DNA of 63,873 nt, the filler included, from Octopus bimaculoides (Eukaryota): NCBI RefSeq assembly GCF_001194135.2. It is 7 parts of 6 records of this genome, joined end to end, with 100 filler letters (N's around TTAATTAATTAA, not from the genome) between each part and the next. Parts side by side here need not be neighbours in the genome. Positions count along the whole stretch, not along the records: positions 62,354 to 63,873 come from NC_068996.1; 6 more parts are not named here. One strand, 5' to 3'. The notes below the pieces were generated by a model, which saw only the letters and a list, made by a program, of their open reading frames with translations, had not been told where the DNA came from and ran no database searches. The stretch's first letter is position 1. Every line of letters begins with the position of its first letter. This document shows, piece by piece, positions 63,679-63,873 of this stretch. A program made the translations under genes and the position numbers.

Positions 63679-63717
63679 AAAGCAATGACTAGTAATATTA
63701 CGAAACCGGTATGCTTT
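63679..63717 (+). ncRNA. Degenerate minimal hammerhead HH9 in the Penelope 3' region
   Basis: AAAGCA-ATGACTA-GTAATATTAC-GAAAC-CG-GTA-TGCTTT; all three stems pair, core has C3A and G8U. Confidence 0.65.
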
Positions 63718-63873
63718 TAAATCTCTTTAACAACTCACATTAATGACTTTTATTACCCTTATTCCTACCTAAGTTCATCTAATTGTATATATCTATCGTT
63801 ACTTTTCATAAAAAGCCTTACCTTCTTTTTGATTTCCAATGTGCATTTTCGCTTATTTTTCTGCTTACTATCC

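Noticed and set aside
1-63873. CRISPR array or prokaryotic operon
   Set aside because: No constant-length repeat-spacer pattern; all content is eukaryotic

Overview
AT-rich, microsatellite-dense animal DNA. The repeat content (tRNA-derived SINEs, RTE and R4/Dong LINEs, Penelope-like elements, Helitrons, Tc1/mariner) looks octopus-like; this is an inference from repeat style. Six identical 100-bp spacers (44 N + TTAATTAATTAA + 44 N) indicate the window is seven scaffolds joined artificially, so neighbourhoods across them are not reliable. The only credible host gene is an intact, intronless HSP110 (HSPA4/HSPH-like, 826 aa, 10058-12538, +) with heat-shock elements upstream and two substitutions at normally conserved ATPase residues. 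The most striking unannotated signal is a set of about nine type I hammerhead ribozyme (HHR) motifs on both strands, several in short elements next to (TA)n repeats or downstream of Penelope-like ORFs. Two loci are head-to-head fold-back palindromes carrying an HHR in each polarity (306-719 and 46363-46451). A complete non-autonomous Helitron sits inverted inside a family member and carries a copy of its own target site. Nearly all other ORFs in the track are microsatellite read-throughs or decayed transposon fragments. Coordinates of decayed repeats are approximate and were read by eye.
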